A DNA stretch of 64,000 bases from Candidatus Poribacteria bacterium (GTDB lineage: Bacteria; Poribacteria; WGA-4E; WGA-3G), in NCBI GenBank assembly GCA_963663765.2, contig CAXXUA010000005.1, forward strand, positions 1,600,001-1,664,000, given 5' to 3'. Shown here piece by piece: positions 61,156-64,000 of this stretch. Numbering within the stretch: position 1 is the stretch's first letter; every line of letters begins with the position of its first letter. Under the pieces are notes generated by a model, which saw nothing but the letters and a program-made list of their open reading frames with translations, did no database searches and was not told the origin of the DNA. Both the position numbers and the translations under genes were made by a program.

Positions 61156-61995
61156 TTGGAACATTTTGCTATGAGCAATTCGCCTTCTGATCCTGCTCCT
61201 TCGGACGAATTCGCAATCATCATCAAAAAACGCCTTTATCATTCCCTGTCAGAAACGGGTGATGCATTTCGTCTACTTGCCGAAACAATCTTCCAAATAT
61301 TTAAACCACCGTTACAATTTAACCTGTTAATGAAGCAACTGTTGTTCATCGGTTTTAATTCGTTGGCGGTTGTTTTAGTCTCTGGCTTCTTCACTGGAAT
61401 GGTATTGGGTGTTCAGGGATATGTTCAGTTGAAACCGTATGCTGTTGAAGGATCAGTCGCGCAGTTTGTTAGTGTTTCTATTGTCAAAGAACTGGGACCT
61501 ATGATTACGGCATTTGTCCTTTCTGGTCGTATTGGAGCTTCAATTACAGCAGAACTCTCAACGATGAAGGTTACCGAACAGATAGATGCACTGGAAGTGA
61601 TGGGAACAAATCCGGTAAAATACCTCGTTGTTCCAAGATTTCTTGCATGCACGTTTATGCTACCAACCCTTACAATATTCTCAACATTTGCCGGTATTTT
61701 CGGGGGCTATGTGGCAGTGGTTTCACTATTCGGTTTCAACGGTGATTTTTACATCTTGCAGGTACAGCAAAACCTATATGTTGGTAGTGTATTGATTAGT
61801 TTAATCAAAGCTACTTCGTTCGGTATGGCGATAGCGGCAGTCGGATGCTACAAAGGATTCAGCATTTCAACTGCTGGCGGGGCAGAAGGTGTCGGAATAG
61901 CTACTACCGGTTCTGCCGTTATCTCTCTGATTACAATATTAGTCTTAGATTTTGTTCTAAACCATATACTTTTCAACATTTTGGGAATGGTTTAG
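61156..61995 (+). CDS. mlaE: MlaE-family ABC permease
   Basis: ELGP, GRIG...AEL.TMKVTEQIDAL and GGAEGVG motifs. Confidence 0.9.
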   Translation: MEHFAMSNSPSDPAPSDEFAIIIKKRLYHSLSETGDAFRLLAETIFQIFKPPLQFNLLMKQLLFIGFNSLAVVLVSGFFTGMVLGVQGYVQLKPYAVEGSVAQFVSVSIVKELGPMITAFVLSGRIGASITAELSTMKVTEQIDALEVMGTNPVKYLVVPRFLACTFMLPTLTIFSTFAGIFGGYVAVVSLFGFNGDFYILQVQQNLYVGSVLISLIKATSFGMAIAAVGCYKGFSISTAGGAEGVGIATTGSAVISLITILVLDFVLNHILFNILGMV

Positions 61996-62031
61996 AATTA
62001 AAAACAGAAAATTATTTCAAATATACTACTT

Positions 62032-62820
62032 ATGATTTCAGTAAAAAACGTCAGGAAAGCATTTGGTGAAAATAACGTCTTAAACGGTTTAGACCTTGAA
62101 ATACCGCGTGGGGAATCCCTTGTAATTATGGGACGTAGCGGTTGTGGGAAGAGCGTCTTACTCAAAATAATTGCTGGATTACTCTCTGTAGATGCAGGTG
62201 AAGTTTGGATTAACGGCACAGAAATCACACAACTTAAAAGAAAACCAATGAATGAAATACGTCGAAAAATCGGAATGCTATTTCAATCTGCAGCCTTATT
62301 CGACTCAATGAGCGTCGCTGAAAATATCGCTTTTATGCTTGACCAACATACCGATATGACTGAGCACGAGATGCGTAAGGTTGTTGATGAAAAATTGAAA
62401 TTAGTAGATTTAGATGGTGTTCAGGAATTACGTCCAGCTCAACTTAGTGGTGGGATGCGAAAACGGGTAGGACTCGCACGTGCACTCGCTTTCAACCCCG
62501 AAATCATCTTATACGACGAACCCACAACAGGGTTAGATCCGGTTACCTGCACTGAAATTAACGAACTAATTCGCGACCTAAAACAACAATTACAAGTAAC
62601 CTCTGTGGTCGTTACACATGATATGCACAGCGCGTTTAGCGTTGGAACGTTGATGGTTATGCTGCACGAAGGGAAGCAAATTGCCTATGGAAAACCAGAA
62701 GATTTGATTAATGAAGAAAACCCAATACTGCAACAGTTCATCCTTTTTGGGGCACCAGACCAGATACTAAACATTGACAACCCGACTTTGAAAGAATTTA
62801 CAGGTAGACAGGTTGAATGA
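62032..62820 (+). CDS. mlaF: MlaF-family ABC ATPase
   Basis: GRSGCGKS, LFQSAALFDS, LSGGMRKR and YDEPT motifs. Confidence 0.9.
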   Translation: MISVKNVRKAFGENNVLNGLDLEIPRGESLVIMGRSGCGKSVLLKIIAGLLSVDAGEVWINGTEITQLKRKPMNEIRRKIGMLFQSAALFDSMSVAENIAFMLDQHTDMTEHEMRKVVDEKLKLVDLDGVQELRPAQLSGGMRKRVGLARALAFNPEIILYDEPTTGLDPVTCTEINELIRDLKQQLQVTSVVVTHDMHSAFSVGTLMVMLHEGKQIAYGKPEDLINEENPILQQFILFGAPDQILNIDNPTLKEFTGRQVE

Positions 62821-62955
62821 TACTTTCACTTATGAAACAAAAATCAGCAGACTATCCTTCTAATACTCATCCTGGACACGCTGTGATTCGGAGATCGCTT
62901 CTACAATAATGAACACTATGAAGAGTATTAGACATTTATACTAAAGGGAAAAACA

Positions 62956-64000
62956 ATGAAGTTTTGGACTCCGTCAGTAAAAGTAGGACTGATGGTCATT
63001 ATTGCTATAATCCTACTTGCTATTCTCCTTATCAATTCTGGAAACTTACCTTGGGGAACTCCCGGGGACAACCTAAAATTTGAATTTCGTGCTGTAAATG
63101 GACTATATGTCGGTTCCGGCGTTTATCTTTCTGGAGTCTCAATCGGTAAGGTTACAAGTATTCAACTGCAACCAGAAACAAATACAGTTGAAATTCGTGC
63201 ACGCGCAAAGAACGCTTATAAGTGGCTTAGACAAGGCTGCGACGCTCGGATATCAATGAGTGGTTTTGTAGGTGAAACATATATCTCATTACAAAACGGA
63301 GCGATCGGCAATCCAACCCTGCAACCATCGGATCTACCGATCATCGGAATAGACCCAGTAAATCCTTTGGAATTGCTTGAACAAACAAGCTCCGGACTGA
63401 GTAAAGCTATTGACTTGACTTCCGCAGCAAACGAACTCCTTCAAGCTAACCAAGAAGAAATCCAAGAGGGCATCAAAGAAACACGCGCATTGGTCGCATT
63501 AACGAATGAAACCCTAAAAAAATTCAATCAAAACATGGATACTACAGTCGGAACTGTGATGGATTTGGCTGCAAAAAACGATAAACGTTTTTCAGATACA
63601 TTGGATAATGTGAATAAGTTATTAAGACAACTTGGAGATGATTCCTTAATTCTCAGTAGTCAACTTAGTGATTTGAGTCGGTCAATGTTAGTCCTGGTTG
63701 ACCAGAATTTTCCTAAAGTTAATAAAATACTCTCAGATTTGCAACAAGGCACAACTGATTTTCAGCAATTAGCAATACAAATTCGGAAAGACTCAAGCAC
63801 GTTAACAACAGAAGTTTCGGAGCTGGTTACAAAAGGAAGTGCGTTTATTGAAAAGGGAAGTACAAATGTTCAACCAATCTTAGACAATCTTGAGACTGCG
63901 ACAAAGGCAATCACCACTTTAGAAAAAAACATAAGTGAACTGCTAAATACTATAAAACATGGCGAAGGTACCGTCGCAAAACTCCTCAATAATCCAGAAC
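62956..64000 (+). CDS. mlaD: MlaD/MCE-family protein (runs off window)
   Basis: Manual translation MKFWTPSVKVGLMV...VNGLYVGSGVYLSGVSIGKV...GFVGETYI; follows mlaEF. Confidence 0.85.
   Translation, partial: MKFWTPSVKVGLMVIIAIILLAILLINSGNLPWGTPGDNLKFEFRAVNGLYVGSGVYLSGVSIGKVTSIQLQPETNTVEIRARAKNAYKWLRQGCDARISMSGFVGETYISLQNGAIGNPTLQPSDLPIIGIDPVNPLELLEQTSSGLSKAIDLTSAANELLQANQEEIQEGIKETRALVALTNETLKKFNQNMDTTVGTVMDLAAKNDKRFSDTLDNVNKLLRQLGDDSLILSSQLSDLSRSMLVLVDQNFPKVNKILSDLQQGTTDFQQLAIQIRKDSSTLTTEVSELVTKGSAFIEKGSTNVQPILDNLETATKAITTLEKNISELLNTIKHGEGTVAKLLNNPE

Overview
Bacterial chromosomal window of roughly 40% GC by eye. The gene content (several PhyH-family dioxygenases, Gfo/Idh/MocA oxidoreductases, TPR/HEAT proteins, an Rpn nuclease, a DUF6785-like membrane protein) suggests Candidatus Poribacteria or a similar lineage; this is an inference. 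Housekeeping blocks are cydAB, ffh-rpsP-khpA-trmD-rplS-rnhB-yraN, hemW, eno-ftsB, ccmABEFH, korAB, rpsF-ssb-rpsR-rplI-dnaB and mlaEFD. The intergenic DNA is a dense, nested mobilome: one complete IS982, a decayed IS5, about nine families of short TIR-bounded MITEs, and about ten different GTAG-type REP hairpins. The most unusual signal is a 33-43 nt hairpin-plus-tail micro-element, GGGAATGCC-N4/5-GGCATTCATACCGTTGATTT[CTTGATTT]nGG, with a sister variant. It inserts precisely, without target duplication, after CG inside REP hairpins and inside itself, and empty sites are visible in the same window. Protein-level oddities are a UvrD-like helicase with an inserted intact GIY-YIG nuclease and no 2B domain, and three fused MNT-HEPN genes lacking the canonical HEPN His. 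No CRISPR array, tRNA or rRNA was seen. All calls are from motif recognition by eye; no database searches were run.
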